A DNA stretch of 40,612 nt, taken from the IMG/VR virus record IMGVR_UViG_3300030606_000020, positions 1-40,612 of that record; one strand, 5' to 3'. The notes beneath the pieces are model-generated. The model was not told the origin of the DNA and did no database searches. It was given only the letters and a program-made list of their open reading frames with translations. The position numbers and the translations under genes are program-made. This document shows positions 20,099 to 28,617 of this stretch, one piece after another. The first letter of the stretch is position 1; each line of letters starts with the position of its first letter. The stretch is from a virus. Its lineage: Duplodnaviria > Caudoviricetes.

Positions 20099-22687
20099 AT
20101 GACAGTTTCATCCAGCACCGACCGCGCCACGTTTGCCGGCAATGGTGTGGCTACCGTGTTTCCGCTGCCGTTCCGCTTCTTCGCCAACAGTGACGTGCAG
20201 GTGTCGCTGATCGATGACACGACTGGCGCCGTCACGCCACAGAGCATCGGCACGCGCTACACGCTTACAGGCGCCTCACTGCCCGAGCAGGACGGCAATG
20301 CCGACAGCGAGCTGACCATGCTCACCGCGCCGGCAACTGGCGTTTCCCTGTTCGTGCTGCGCGTGATCCCGCTGACCCAGCCGACCGATATCGTGAACCA
20401 GGGCCCGTTCTTTCCTGAGATTCACGAAAACGTATTCGACCGACTGACCATGCTGTTGCAGCAAGGCGCCGGCTCGCTTGATCGGGCATTGCGGGTGCAG
20501 GACTATGACCCCGTGCCGGCGCGCTTGCCTAGCGTGGCCCAGCGCTTCAACAAGATCCTGAGCTTTGATGTGGACGGCAACCCGGTTGCAATTGATGCAG
20601 CGGCCGACAGCTCGTTGGTTTTGCGGCAGGATTTGGTTGATAACGTTGACTTGTCGAAAGGCGCGTCCATGGTTGGGCGGTCGTCTGTTACCGTGACATC
20701 CACAGCAGACCTCGCCGAGACGTCAACCGGAGTCACCGGATACCTTGACTCGGGCGGCAGGTCGGGGGTTTTTCGCTTTAGGTCGCAGGACTTGTCGGTA
20801 GAGGTCGCATCTGACCCCCTCCAAGGGGTCTACGTTGCCCCTGTATCCGACCCTACCGGAACAAGCGGCGCATGGGTTCGTCAGTACGGGCAAGGCGCTA
20901 CGCTAACCGCACCCTTGAGTGTTGCGTGGTTCGGGGCTGTCGGTGATGGTAGTGACGAGATAGACGCGCTAGAGGCAGCGCACGCCCTTGCGGGCATCAA
21001 TGGCAGTGTGTTCTACCCGGAGGTTACGAGCTACTACGGGATTAGTCGAGAGCTGGTTGTGTCCTACGAAGGACAGGCGGTTGAGGGTGGTGGGTACAAC
21101 GCCCAAATTCGACAGCTCACTGATGATACTAGCTGTGTCAAGATTACTGCTCACCGCGTAAGTGTGTGTAAGCTGCACTTCTACCTGGCAGGGAGTGCAA
21201 CCACCTCAACGTTTAAGGGGATAGGATGCTTTGCTACTGGCGCGGACGATGTAACAATCGAAAATTGCTGGGCACAGAACCATAGGGTCGGAGCGTTTGT
21301 TATTCGTAATGGCACCAGAGGTAAGATTATCGGCAACACTGCATTCAATAGTAGTGTAGATCCATTAGTTGATGATAATTCTCAAGCTGTCGGGGATATT
21401 TGGCTATACGGAAATGTGACGGATTGCGTAGTTAAAGGGAACTACTGCTTTGATGGGGCCGGGACTGGAATTGGGATTCAGACAACGGAATCAGGTATAG
21501 TAGAGAAAGCTGACCGTAATACAATTGAAGGAAACACCATATACAATCAGCCGAGCTACGGGATTATTGTGTACCGTAAAGACCCCGCCCTACACACAGT
21601 CCACGCTAATAAGGTAATTGGTAACACAATTTATAATATCTCCGGGCAGGTTATCAACAGTGCAACAGGCACGTTTACTTTCGGTGCTGGGGTCTACAAC
21701 CAGGGCGGGGAAGGTACGGAGATTATGCACAACTCCATCGCCAACACCCACACGCACGAAACCACAGGCAGCGTATTTACCGAGACGCTCGCCCCCGGCG
21801 CAATCGGGAGCCTTAACGCGAGTAACGTAAAGATTGGTAATAACACAATCACATCCCCCCGGTGGTACGGTATCTGCGCCTTCGACCCGAACACTGAAGG
21901 CTTAGCTAACGGGCTGATTGATATCTTCCACAACGACATAACTGTCCAAGGGTCGGTGTATAAGACCGGAATCTTCTGCAAGGATATTAGCAGTTCTTCG
22001 ATCTGTAATAACAAGTCAGTTGGTAACCTTGCTCACGGTATACTTGTCAGTCAGACAGGTGCAGGCAAGTCGGGAAACCATATAGTCGGGGGAAATGACA
22101 CTAGTAACAATGGTGCGAATGGCATCAACGTCACGGCAGCCAAAAGCGTCCGGTTAATTGGCAATGTGTCAAACATAAACGGAGCTACGGGCGTATTTGT
22201 TGACGCGACTTACGTAAGCGCATCAAGTAACTTCACGCAGAACAACACTGCCCGTGGGGTACAGATCGGCGCTACTTTCACACAGGACGGCTCTTTGGTT
22301 AGCCATACCGCAACGGACAACGGAACCGACGGGATACTGATGGGCGCCCTCCTTAAAATGAGAGACAACTTATCTACTGGCAACACCTCGAACTACTCGG
22401 GGGTTGTTGACGCAAATAATCTTTTTGCCATCAACTCGGGCACCGCCACGCCCAACGTTAAGAACGCTAGACAGTGTACTATGGCTGCCAGTGGCACACC
22501 CGTTACTGACTTCACTGGTGGGTCGGTAGATCAGACGCTGTACATTCGGGCTACCGGGAGCAGGACTATTACCCATGGGACACCAATCCAACTACAGGGT
22601 AGCGCTAGCTTCAACATGGTGTCCGGCAATGTGATAACTCTGACTAGACAAGGGGCTACCTGGTACGAGGTTAGCCGCCGAACCTAA
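20099..22687 (+). CDS. Tailspike with right-handed beta-helix (putative polysaccharide depolymerase)
   Basis: T7-like attachment N-terminus (GNGVATVFPLPFRF, HENVFDRLTM), VAWFGAVGDG cap motif, repeated I.GN/NN beta-helix rungs. Confidence 0.9.
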   Translation: MTVSSSTDRATFAGNGVATVFPLPFRFFANSDVQVSLIDDTTGAVTPQSIGTRYTLTGASLPEQDGNADSELTMLTAPATGVSLFVLRVIPLTQPTDIVNQGPFFPEIHENVFDRLTMLLQQGAGSLDRALRVQDYDPVPARLPSVAQRFNKILSFDVDGNPVAIDAAADSSLVLRQDLVDNVDLSKGASMVGRSSVTVTSTADLAETSTGVTGYLDSGGRSGVFRFRSQDLSVEVASDPLQGVYVAPVSDPTGTSGAWVRQYGQGATLTAPLSVAWFGAVGDGSDEIDALEAAHALAGINGSVFYPEVTSYYGISRELVVSYEGQAVEGGGYNAQIRQLTDDTSCVKITAHRVSVCKLHFYLAGSATTSTFKGIGCFATGADDVTIENCWAQNHRVGAFVIRNGTRGKIIGNTAFNSSVDPLVDDNSQAVGDIWLYGNVTDCVVKGNYCFDGAGTGIGIQTTESGIVEKADRNTIEGNTIYNQPSYGIIVYRKDPALHTVHANKVIGNTIYNISGQVINSATGTFTFGAGVYNQGGEGTEIMHNSIANTHTHETTGSVFTETLAPGAIGSLNASNVKIGNNTITSPRWYGICAFDPNTEGLANGLIDIFHNDITVQGSVYKTGIFCKDISSSSICNNKSVGNLAHGILVSQTGAGKSGNHIVGGNDTSNNGANGINVTAAKSVRLIGNVSNINGATGVFVDATYVSASSNFTQNNTARGVQIGATFTQDGSLVSHTATDNGTDGILMGALLKMRDNLSTGNTSNYSGVVDANNLFAINSGTATPNVKNARQCTMAASGTPVTDFTGGSVDQTLYIRATGSRTITHGTPIQLQGSASFNMVSGNVITLTRQGATWYEVSRRT

Positions 22688-22695
22688 GCTTCAGG

Positions 22696-22724
22696 CCTGA
22701 CGTGAGGGTCGTCACGCTAGAGCT
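22696..22724 (+). repeat. Imperfect 29-bp direct repeat, copy 1 (24/29 identical to 23167-23195)
   Basis: cctgacgtgagggtcgtcacgctagagct versus cctgacgtgagaatcatcacgttatagct; they translate PDVRVVTLEL and PDVRIITL*L. Confidence 0.85.
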
Positions 22725-22927
22725 TGCCTAAACACTACCGCGCCCGGCTTTTATAGCGGGCGCTGCTTTACCCGCCTAAACCAGCTCCCGAATAACCTGC
22801 CACCCCCGAACACTCATTGCACCACAACACCCTATCGACCGAAGAAACACTGCGCCTGCCTGCAATTAGTGAGCGCAGGTGCATGTGGTCGGCTCTTGCC
22901 TATCCCTCAAATAACCAGGAGTGCCGC

Positions 22928-23131
22928 ATGTCCACTGACGCAGCAAGCGCGGTGTCTGTAGTAATTAAGAACACCCCGCCTGCTGCGGTAGCCGGAGCTG
23001 TTGCGGCGACCCCTGTCGTTTACGTCGTCACCGCGAACGCTATTCGGCCTGGTATTGTGTCACATAGCGGGAATTTCCCAGCAGGTACAGCCCTTAGGTT
23101 GCACTGGCGTGCCGGTGTTGGTGAGGTCTAA
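22928..23131 (+). CDS. Small ORF, possibly a chimera of a holin-like N-terminus and a tail-fibre-like C-terminus
   Basis: AGGAG RBS; MSTDAASAVSVVIKNTPPAAVAG...LRLHWRAGVGEV. Confidence 0.45.
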   Translation: MSTDAASAVSVVIKNTPPAAVAGAVAATPVVYVVTANAIRPGIVSHSGNFPAGTALRLHWRAGVGEV

Positions 23132-23234
23132 TGACAATCCTAGAAACCCTATACGCCAGCGCCCGCCCTGACGTGAGAATCATCACGTTATAGCTAACGT
23201 GTGACGCGTGGGGCAGCCAATACTGATAAGCGGA
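23131..23234 (+). pseudogene. Relic of a DUF1833-like siphovirus tail gene N-terminus
   Basis: MTILETLYASARPDVRIITL*LTCDAWG, then PILISG after a frameshift. Resembles DUF1833 N-termini as I recall them; has an internal TAG and a frameshift. Confidence 0.6.
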
Positions 23235-23241
23235 GGCCTTA

Positions 23242-23715
23242 ATGGGTAATTTTGCACTCGGCACAAGAAGCATCAGCAAGCTAGACGGCGTGCACCCCAA
23301 CTTGGGGCGCGTGGTAAAGCGCGCCATCGAGATTACGACTCAGGACTTTATGGTGCTGGAAGGCGTGCGCACCGAGCAGCGCCAGCGTGAACTGTACAGC
23401 CAGGGCAGGACGCCGGCCAAGCTGGTGGCGGCTGGTGTTGACCCTGCGCTGGCCAAGCCGAAGCTGCAGATGGTGACTTGGACGCTCAAGTCCAACCACT
23501 TCAAGCAGGCCGACGGCTACGGGCATGCGGTTGACCTGGTGCCCTACCCGGTCGACTGGAACGACCTTGCCAAGTTCGACGCCATCGCCGACGCGATGAT
23601 GCAGGCGGCTGATGAACTGGGCGTGGCGATACGGCACGGCGCTGACTGGAACATGAACGGCAAGCGGCGCGAGAAGGGCGAGAGCGATTCTCCCCACTGG
23701 GAGCTGGCGCAATGA
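23242..23715 (+). CDS. Endolysin, M15-type L-Ala-D-Glu peptidase
   Basis: LDGVHPNL, EGVRT, SNH..GHAVDL, DSPHWEL Zn ligands; GGAGG RBS. Confidence 0.92.
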   Translation: MGNFALGTRSISKLDGVHPNLGRVVKRAIEITTQDFMVLEGVRTEQRQRELYSQGRTPAKLVAAGVDPALAKPKLQMVTWTLKSNHFKQADGYGHAVDLVPYPVDWNDLAKFDAIADAMMQAADELGVAIRHGADWNMNGKRREKGESDSPHWELAQ

Positions 23716-24185
23716 TAGCCATGCTGCTGGAGCGCTCAACCATCTATGGCCTGCTGGCAGCCCTGTGCTTTGGTTCAGGGTGGAAGGTGAACGGCTGGCG
23801 CTTGGGCGAAGGGATTGCCCAGGAACAGGCGCAGACTGTAACCGTGGTGCGCGTGATCGAGCGCGCACAGCAGGAAGTCGCAGACACTGAGGGGAACAAA
23901 GGCCATGCCGAACTTGAAGAAGCGCGCCGCGCTGCTGTTGTTGCTGCTGATACCGCTCGCGGGGTGCGGGCCGAAGCTGGTCGCCTTGCAACCCGGCTCG
24001 CTACCTGCAATGCCGGAACTGCCGGCGAGCGCCAGGCAAGGGCCGACGCCGCCAGAGTGTTTGCCGACGTGCTTGGAAGCGTGGAGGCAGAAGGTCGAGC
24101 AATGGCAGAAATTGCTCAACGGGCCAGGGCTGCAGGTGGAACCTGCGAGCGGACGTATGACGGAGTGAGGCAGGCAGCACGCTGA
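23712..24185 (+). CDS. Rz: Inner-membrane spanin (DUF2514-like)
   Basis: N-terminal TM, GWKVNGWRL, coiled coil, ARAAGGTCERTYD. Confidence 0.85.
   Translation: MIAMLLERSTIYGLLAALCFGSGWKVNGWRLGEGIAQEQAQTVTVVRVIERAQQEVADTEGNKGHAELEEARRAAVVAADTARGVRAEAGRLATRLATCNAGTAGERQARADAARVFADVLGSVEAEGRAMAEIAQRARAAGGTCERTYDGVRQAAR
23905..24168 (+). CDS. Rz1: Outer-membrane lipoprotein spanin embedded in Rz
   Basis: Lipobox LAGC after KKR and a hydrophobic stretch; Pro-rich; lies in the +1 frame within Rz. Confidence 0.85.
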   Translation: MPNLKKRAALLLLLLIPLAGCGPKLVALQPGSLPAMPELPASARQGPTPPECLPTCLEAWRQKVEQWQKLLNGPGLQVEPASGRMTE

Positions 24186-24196
24186 TCACCGCCCAC

Positions 24197-24229
24197 AAAA
24201 AAGCCCGGCACATGCCGGGCTTTCTCTTT
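24197..24229. terminator. Bidirectional terminator between converging late and early arms
   Basis: A6-GCCCGGC-acat-GCCGGGC-TTTCTCTTT. Confidence 0.9.
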
Positions 24230-24235
24230 CTGGCG

Positions 24236-24448
24236 TTACTCGACGCGGCTTTCAGTCTCGCAGTACAGCAACATTTGATGCTCCAAGCCTTCAGCCTGTA
24301 GGCGCCGCTGCGAGGCAAACAGCTCGGCATCGCATTCGATTGGTGCCGTCGGTCCCTCCCACATGCCAGCCGGCAATACCTGGCGGTCTATGCAGCTGTT
24401 GCTGGCGTCGTAGCCGACGCACAGCGCGGCGAACAGTATCGAGATCAT
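24236..24448 (-). CDS. Small Cys-rich, possibly exported protein
   Basis: MISILFAALCV hydrophobic start, 4 Cys, GGAG RBS, ATGA coupling to the upstream gene. Confidence 0.55.
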   Translation of the reverse strand: MISILFAALCVGYDASNSCIDRQVLPAGMWEGPTAPIECDAELFASQRRLQAEGLEHQMLLYCETESRVE

Positions 24449-24657
24449 GGTATGCGCTCCCACACGTCGTTATTGTCCATGTCCGCCCGGTTGGCGTAGA
24501 TGGCGTTCCCGTCCAGGCCTTCCAGCTCGCACGCGCCGGCCACTTCCATGACAAGCACCGCGCGCCGGCCGGTAGGTTTGTGGTGCCAACGCTCGCGGTT
24601 GACGCCCGCCTGGCCTTCGATGCGCTGCTGCTTGGCGCTGCGTGACATGCCGTTCAT
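24445..24657 (-). CDS. Hypothetical protein
   Basis: Translationally coupled chain with GGAGAG RBS. Confidence 0.6.
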   Translation of the reverse strand: MNGMSRSAKQQRIEGQAGVNRERWHHKPTGRRAVLVMEVAGACELEGLDGNAIYANRADMDNNDVWERIP

Positions 24658-25028
24658 TGGCTGCTCTCCTGCATGGCGGCATCGATGGCGGCGTCACAGC
24701 TATTGGCGCCCATGCCAAGATCTGGCCAGTCATCAGCGGACCGCAACCACCGATACCGCCCCGCATCCGTCGACAGCGCTGCGTTCTCGGCCGTGAGAAC
24801 TGCGCTCTCGGCGCGCAGGGTGCGGAGTTCGGCGATGATGGCGTGGACGTTTGCGGGGCTGGCCGCGATAACGTGATGAACATCGCATTCGTCTAGGGCT
24901 TTAACCGCATAACTATCAAGATCAAACCATACCCGGCAGCCTTCCAGGCTTTCGGTGGCCGCCGCTTCAATCTCAGCCAGCAGCTCGTCGGTGATGGTTG
25001 TAACGGGTGGCGTGGTCATGGCCTTCAC
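24654..25028 (-). CDS. Ead/Ea22-like hypothetical protein
   Basis: IAASPANVHAIIAELR, DAGRYRWLR, DAAIDAAM motifs. Confidence 0.7.
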   Translation of the reverse strand: MKAMTTPPVTTITDELLAEIEAAATESLEGCRVWFDLDSYAVKALDECDVHHVIAASPANVHAIIAELRTLRAESAVLTAENAALSTDAGRYRWLRSADDWPDLGMGANSCDAAIDAAMQESSQ

Positions 25029-25357
25029 TCCAGTATGCCCATAGCATCTTGTGCAGCAGCCAGCGCGACGCTATCGAACATGGTTTGATCTTCACGAGCC
25101 GACTTGTACAGCGACAGCAGGTGCTCGCGCTTGATCGTAACGAATGCCCCTGTCTGCGGCTGCGTGGCCTTATCCACCAGATCCATCAGCTTGTCGAAGC
25201 GGTCCCCCTGGTCCAGATAGCGGTCGAGCGCCACGACCACAATGTCATTCATGGCGTGTTGCTCGGCCTTGGCGCGATCTTTGAGCCGGGCGCGCTGGCC
25301 TTGCTTCAAGCGCACCACAAATTTGTCGGCACTTCTTGCGTCTTGGGTGTCGGTCAT
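25025..25357 (-). CDS. Arc-family ribbon-helix-helix protein, AmrZ-like
   Basis: ARSADKFVVRL...AMNDIVVVALDRYL resembles the AmrZ SRTADKFVVRL ribbon. Confidence 0.85.
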   Translation of the reverse strand: MTDTQDARSADKFVVRLKQGQRARLKDRAKAEQHAMNDIVVVALDRYLDQGDRFDKLMDLVDKATQPQTGAFVTIKREHLLSLYKSAREDQTMFDSVALAAAQDAMGILE

Positions 25358-25548
25358 TTCAATTTCCTCGGTGGCTGGAATACAAAGCCGTACTTGGCGG
25401 CGATCTGTTCGGCGCGCTGGGCGGTGATGCCCATGCGCTTGGCTGCTTCTGCGGCGGTGAGCGCGCTAGCCAGGGCTCGGCCACGCTCGGCCTGCTGGCG
25501 CTCAGTGTAGGCGGCGTGACGCCGCGGGTGGGTGGCTTGGCTGATCAT
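25354..25548 (-). CDS. Small HTH-like protein
   Basis: LTAAEAAKRMGITAQRAEQIAAKYGF. Confidence 0.65.
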   Translation of the reverse strand: MISQATHPRRHAAYTERQQAERGRALASALTAAEAAKRMGITAQRAEQIAAKYGFVFQPPRKLK

Positions 25549-27266
25549 TCTGCCAGCCCATCCTTGACCCACACCCCAGTCACCTCGGCTGGCAAGCCTG
25601 CGGGGATCTCCTTCATGGTGCCGAGCATGATCACGGTATCCATGTTGCCGAGCTGCACCAGCTTGCAGAGCATGCCCAGCAATTGGCCGCGGGCCTTGAG
25701 CATCAGCACGTCGAAGCGATCGAGCACGACCAGCTTGATATCGGTCAGCTGGGCGATGGCGATCGCCAGCAGGGCGTCAGCACGCCACTGCTCGGACTCA
25801 CTGCACAGCGCGTAAGGGCGGCCCTGGCTGTGGATCTCGATATCTCGGCTGATCTCAACCAGCGGCCAGCCAGCCAGGCCGGCGAGCATTTCCAGTGACT
25901 GGTTGATCGGCGCCAGAGCCATGGCCAGCAGTTCGCCTGGGATGCCGTCCGGTGCCATGGCGTCGGCGATGGCCAGCCAGGCGGTGACTTCTGCGTGGAA
26001 TGCGCCGGCCTTCTTGGTGGTGGCGGCGGCGCCGGCAATCTGGTCGTGCAGTTCGGTCAGCGCCGATACCTTGGCCTGCTCGCTCGCCAGACGCTGCTGC
26101 AGGCCATTAAGCGCCTCGACCGTGGCGACGATCTTGCTTTCGTCTGCGGCCTCGCCTTGCGCTGTTTCAGCGGCTGCCAGATCGGCCTGCGCTTGCTCGG
26201 CATTGGTGACCAGGGCCAGGTCGTTGCGCCGGGTGCGTTGCAACAGGTCGCGGGCATCGGTGGCTTTCTTCAACTCGACTTGCAACAAAGCCAGATTGCC
26301 GCTGTCTGCGCTGGGCTGGTACGGCTTCAGTTCGCCGCCTTCCATCTTCAGCTTGGCTCCACAGCTCGGGCATTCGCAGCCGCCGACGTTGTTGCGGGCC
26401 GCTGCTACCTGCTCGGTCAGTTCGACCGCCTTCGCCGTCCAAGCAATCAAGTCGTCTTCGGTGTTGGCCAGCTTGGCCTGTGCACGGCCCAGGCCTTCGG
26501 CACGCTCGCGCAGTTCGGCGGTGCGCTGGTTGGCGCCTTCTGCCTGGCGCTGGCGCTCTTTCAGCTGGCCGAGGAACTGCTGGCCGTCGGCGATGCTCTT
26601 TTGCGTGGTCACCACCTGGCCGGCTGCAAGCTCGATCGCCTTGTCAGTCGGGGCGTCTGCGTTGGGTAGCTCAACCTCCCAGTCTTCGGCCTTGTCGCTG
26701 CCCCAGTTCTCGCCGGTCGTGGCCTTCCAGGCACCTTTGGCCTCGCGGGCCTTGTCTTGGGCGTACTTCTCGGCAGCCTGGAAGCCCGAGCGCAGCATGG
26801 CCTGCGCCTCGCCAAACAGCTTCATGTCGACGCCGCGCTTGATCAGCATCGGCTCGATGGTCTTCATGCTGGCGCTGCAGCCGGTGATCTTGAACAGCAG
26901 GCCGCGGCGCTCGTCGTTGCTCAGGGCGGCGAACTTGGCAGGGTCGAGCAGCAGCGGCAGGTATTCGGCGTTCTTCAGCTCAGGCCCGGCGAACTCGCCC
27001 TTCGGCAGCTTGAACTCGCCCATGATCTCGCCGCCGCTGTAGACGGTAACGCGGCCTTTCTTCGAGCCGTTGTGCAGCAGCTGGTCGAGGTCTTTTTTCT
27101 TGGTCACGCGCGACGGGACGCCGGTCAGCGCCATGCTGATGGCATCGACCAGGCTGGTTTTGCCGCTCATGTTGTCGCCAGCCACCAGCAACACGCCGGT
27201 GCCGAGGTTGATATCAGCGCGGGCCAGGCCGGCGACGTTCGCAATTTCGATTTTCTGGATGTGCAT
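25545..27266 (-). CDS. Rad50/SbcC (SMC-like) ATPase
   Basis: Walker A GDNMSGKT, coiled coil with central CPSC zinc hook, signature-like LCSESEQW, Walker B VVLDRFD. Confidence 0.9.
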   Translation of the reverse strand: MHIQKIEIANVAGLARADINLGTGVLLVAGDNMSGKTSLVDAISMALTGVPSRVTKKKDLDQLLHNGSKKGRVTVYSGGEIMGEFKLPKGEFAGPELKNAEYLPLLLDPAKFAALSNDERRGLLFKITGCSASMKTIEPMLIKRGVDMKLFGEAQAMLRSGFQAAEKYAQDKAREAKGAWKATTGENWGSDKAEDWEVELPNADAPTDKAIELAAGQVVTTQKSIADGQQFLGQLKERQRQAEGANQRTAELRERAEGLGRAQAKLANTEDDLIAWTAKAVELTEQVAAARNNVGGCECPSCGAKLKMEGGELKPYQPSADSGNLALLQVELKKATDARDLLQRTRRNDLALVTNAEQAQADLAAAETAQGEAADESKIVATVEALNGLQQRLASEQAKVSALTELHDQIAGAAATTKKAGAFHAEVTAWLAIADAMAPDGIPGELLAMALAPINQSLEMLAGLAGWPLVEISRDIEIHSQGRPYALCSESEQWRADALLAIAIAQLTDIKLVVLDRFDVLMLKARGQLLGMLCKLVQLGNMDTVIMLGTMKEIPAGLPAEVTGVWVKDGLAE

Positions 27267-27283
27267 TCCCTGTTTCCTCATAT

Positions 27284-27324
27284 AAAAATGGCCATGCGCC
27301 ATAAATAATATAGCGCACGGCCAT
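27284..27324 (-). terminator. Long hairpin terminator overlapping a promoter
   Basis: Minus-strand RNA auggccgugcgcuaua-uuauu-uauggcgcauggccau forms 16 pairs including 2 G.U, followed by UUUU. Confidence 0.7.
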
Positions 27325-27332
27325 CAAGTCAA
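27305..27332 (-). promoter_or_regulatory. Sigma70-like promoter for the SMC ATPase operon
   Basis: TTGACT-16 nt-TATTAT on the minus strand. Confidence 0.6.
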
Positions 27333-27337
27333 GCGGT

Positions 27338-27571
27338 TTATCGGCGTGGATTGCGCGTTGTGAATTCGTCGAGAACGCGGAATGCCTCGGCGGCGCGTGG
27401 GTCGATATGTTGTCCACGGATATGGCGCATTTCGTAGTTGATGGAAGCCAGTACTGCGGCCTCACGAAGCTCGGAAGGCGTGAACTGCGCGCGCTCGATG
27501 AAGCCTTCGAGGCATCTGACGAGTTCGTGATATTCAGGATCGTTCAGGTACTTCTCGCGTGGTGATTTCAT
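27338..27571 (-). CDS. Hypothetical protein
   Basis: 77-aa ORF in the left operon (KYLNDPEYH..FTPSELREAA). Confidence 0.7.
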   Translation of the reverse strand: MKSPREKYLNDPEYHELVRCLEGFIERAQFTPSELREAAVLASINYEMRHIRGQHIDPRAAEAFRVLDEFTTRNPRR

Positions 27572-27619
27572 GGCCTTGTCCAGATGGATGCCGCGCCGGA
27601 AAGGCGCGGCGGTTTGTAT

Positions 27620-28591
27620 TTAGGCGTCGATCAGGATCGTCCGGCCGCCCATTTCGTTCTCTTCGCTGACCACGCCGTCGGCCTGCAGGCGCTCCAGCAC
27701 GGCGGCAGCCAGGTCGTCGTCAATGGCCAGTTCGCCCATCAGAAAGGTGGTGCCGGTCCGGCGCTCGAGCAGCACAGCGGTTTTCGCCTTTACGTACAGC
27801 GCGTCGTCGACGATGGCGGAAATGACCGGGTCAACACCTGGCTCGTCGCCTGCCTCCTGCTTCTGATCCTCTGCCGGCTTGCGCACTAGTTCGCGGTCGC
27901 CGCGCTCGTTCGCCGTCTCGCTCAACAGACCCTCGGCGGCCAGCACGTCATGCAGTGCCTTGGCCTTGTCGTGGTTGCACTTGAGCTGATTCTGCAGGCC
28001 GGCGACGGTGCCGTTCTGCTGCTTGGTGACGAACTCGCGGGCCTGGTCGATCAGTGCCGGTGGCAGCTCGATGGCCTTGGCGATATCGCCGGCCTTCTTG
28101 GTCTGGCCGCGCGGCTTCTTCTCTTTCGGCGCATCGTCGCCCAGCGGCAGGGTCTTCTGGTCCTTCTCGCCCTGGATGGCGTCCAGGCCCTGCTCGTAGT
28201 CCTGTTCGTACAGGACAATCAGCACGTCGCTCTGGTCCTGGGCTTTGTCACAAAGCGCGTGCAGGTGTTCCTCGCTGCCCTCGGCGATACCCTGGATCTG
28301 GTACTTGGTGCCGATCGCCACCTTCTTCAGCTGCATGCGCACGGTCTTGGTGCCGGCCCCGGCGATGATGCGAATGGCCAGGTCGACCGCCTTTTTGAAC
28401 TCTTCCTGCATGGTGAAAATTGCGGCGTCCTGCTGCTGCTCGGACATGTTCTTGAACGCCACGGCATGGCCGCGGACCTGGCCCAGCGCGCTGGTAAGCA
28501 GGTCATGCACCAGCAGTTCGCCGGCCAGTTCGGACGGGCTCAGGCCTTCACGTGCAGCACGGTCGATAATCGCTTTATGTTCCATTTTCAT
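27620..28591 (-). CDS. Protein with two C-terminal FtsK-gamma winged-helix domains
   Basis: PALIDQAREFVT...GLLSE..RGDRELV and DALYVKAKTAV...GVVSEENEMGGRTIL align with FtsK gamma (DPLFDQAVQFVT...GIVSEQGHNGNREVL). Confidence 0.8.
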   Translation of the reverse strand: MKMEHKAIIDRAAREGLSPSELAGELLVHDLLTSALGQVRGHAVAFKNMSEQQQDAAIFTMQEEFKKAVDLAIRIIAGAGTKTVRMQLKKVAIGTKYQIQGIAEGSEEHLHALCDKAQDQSDVLIVLYEQDYEQGLDAIQGEKDQKTLPLGDDAPKEKKPRGQTKKAGDIAKAIELPPALIDQAREFVTKQQNGTVAGLQNQLKCNHDKAKALHDVLAAEGLLSETANERGDRELVRKPAEDQKQEAGDEPGVDPVISAIVDDALYVKAKTAVLLERRTGTTFLMGELAIDDDLAAAVLERLQADGVVSEENEMGGRTILIDA

Positions 28592-28617
28592 GCGGTGTTT
28601 CCTCGGTTGGTTTTGGT

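Noticed and set aside
19372-23224. GCCAATACT upstream of both the holin (19372) and endolysin (23216) genes
   Set aside because: The second copy is explained as the PIL codons of the DUF1833-like relic; two short matches are insufficient.
20099-24185. BPP-1-style diversity-generating retroelement
   Set aside because: No reverse transcriptase, and no TR/VR pair matching the tailspike end. The 29-bp repeats lie outside the gene and include non-adenine differences.
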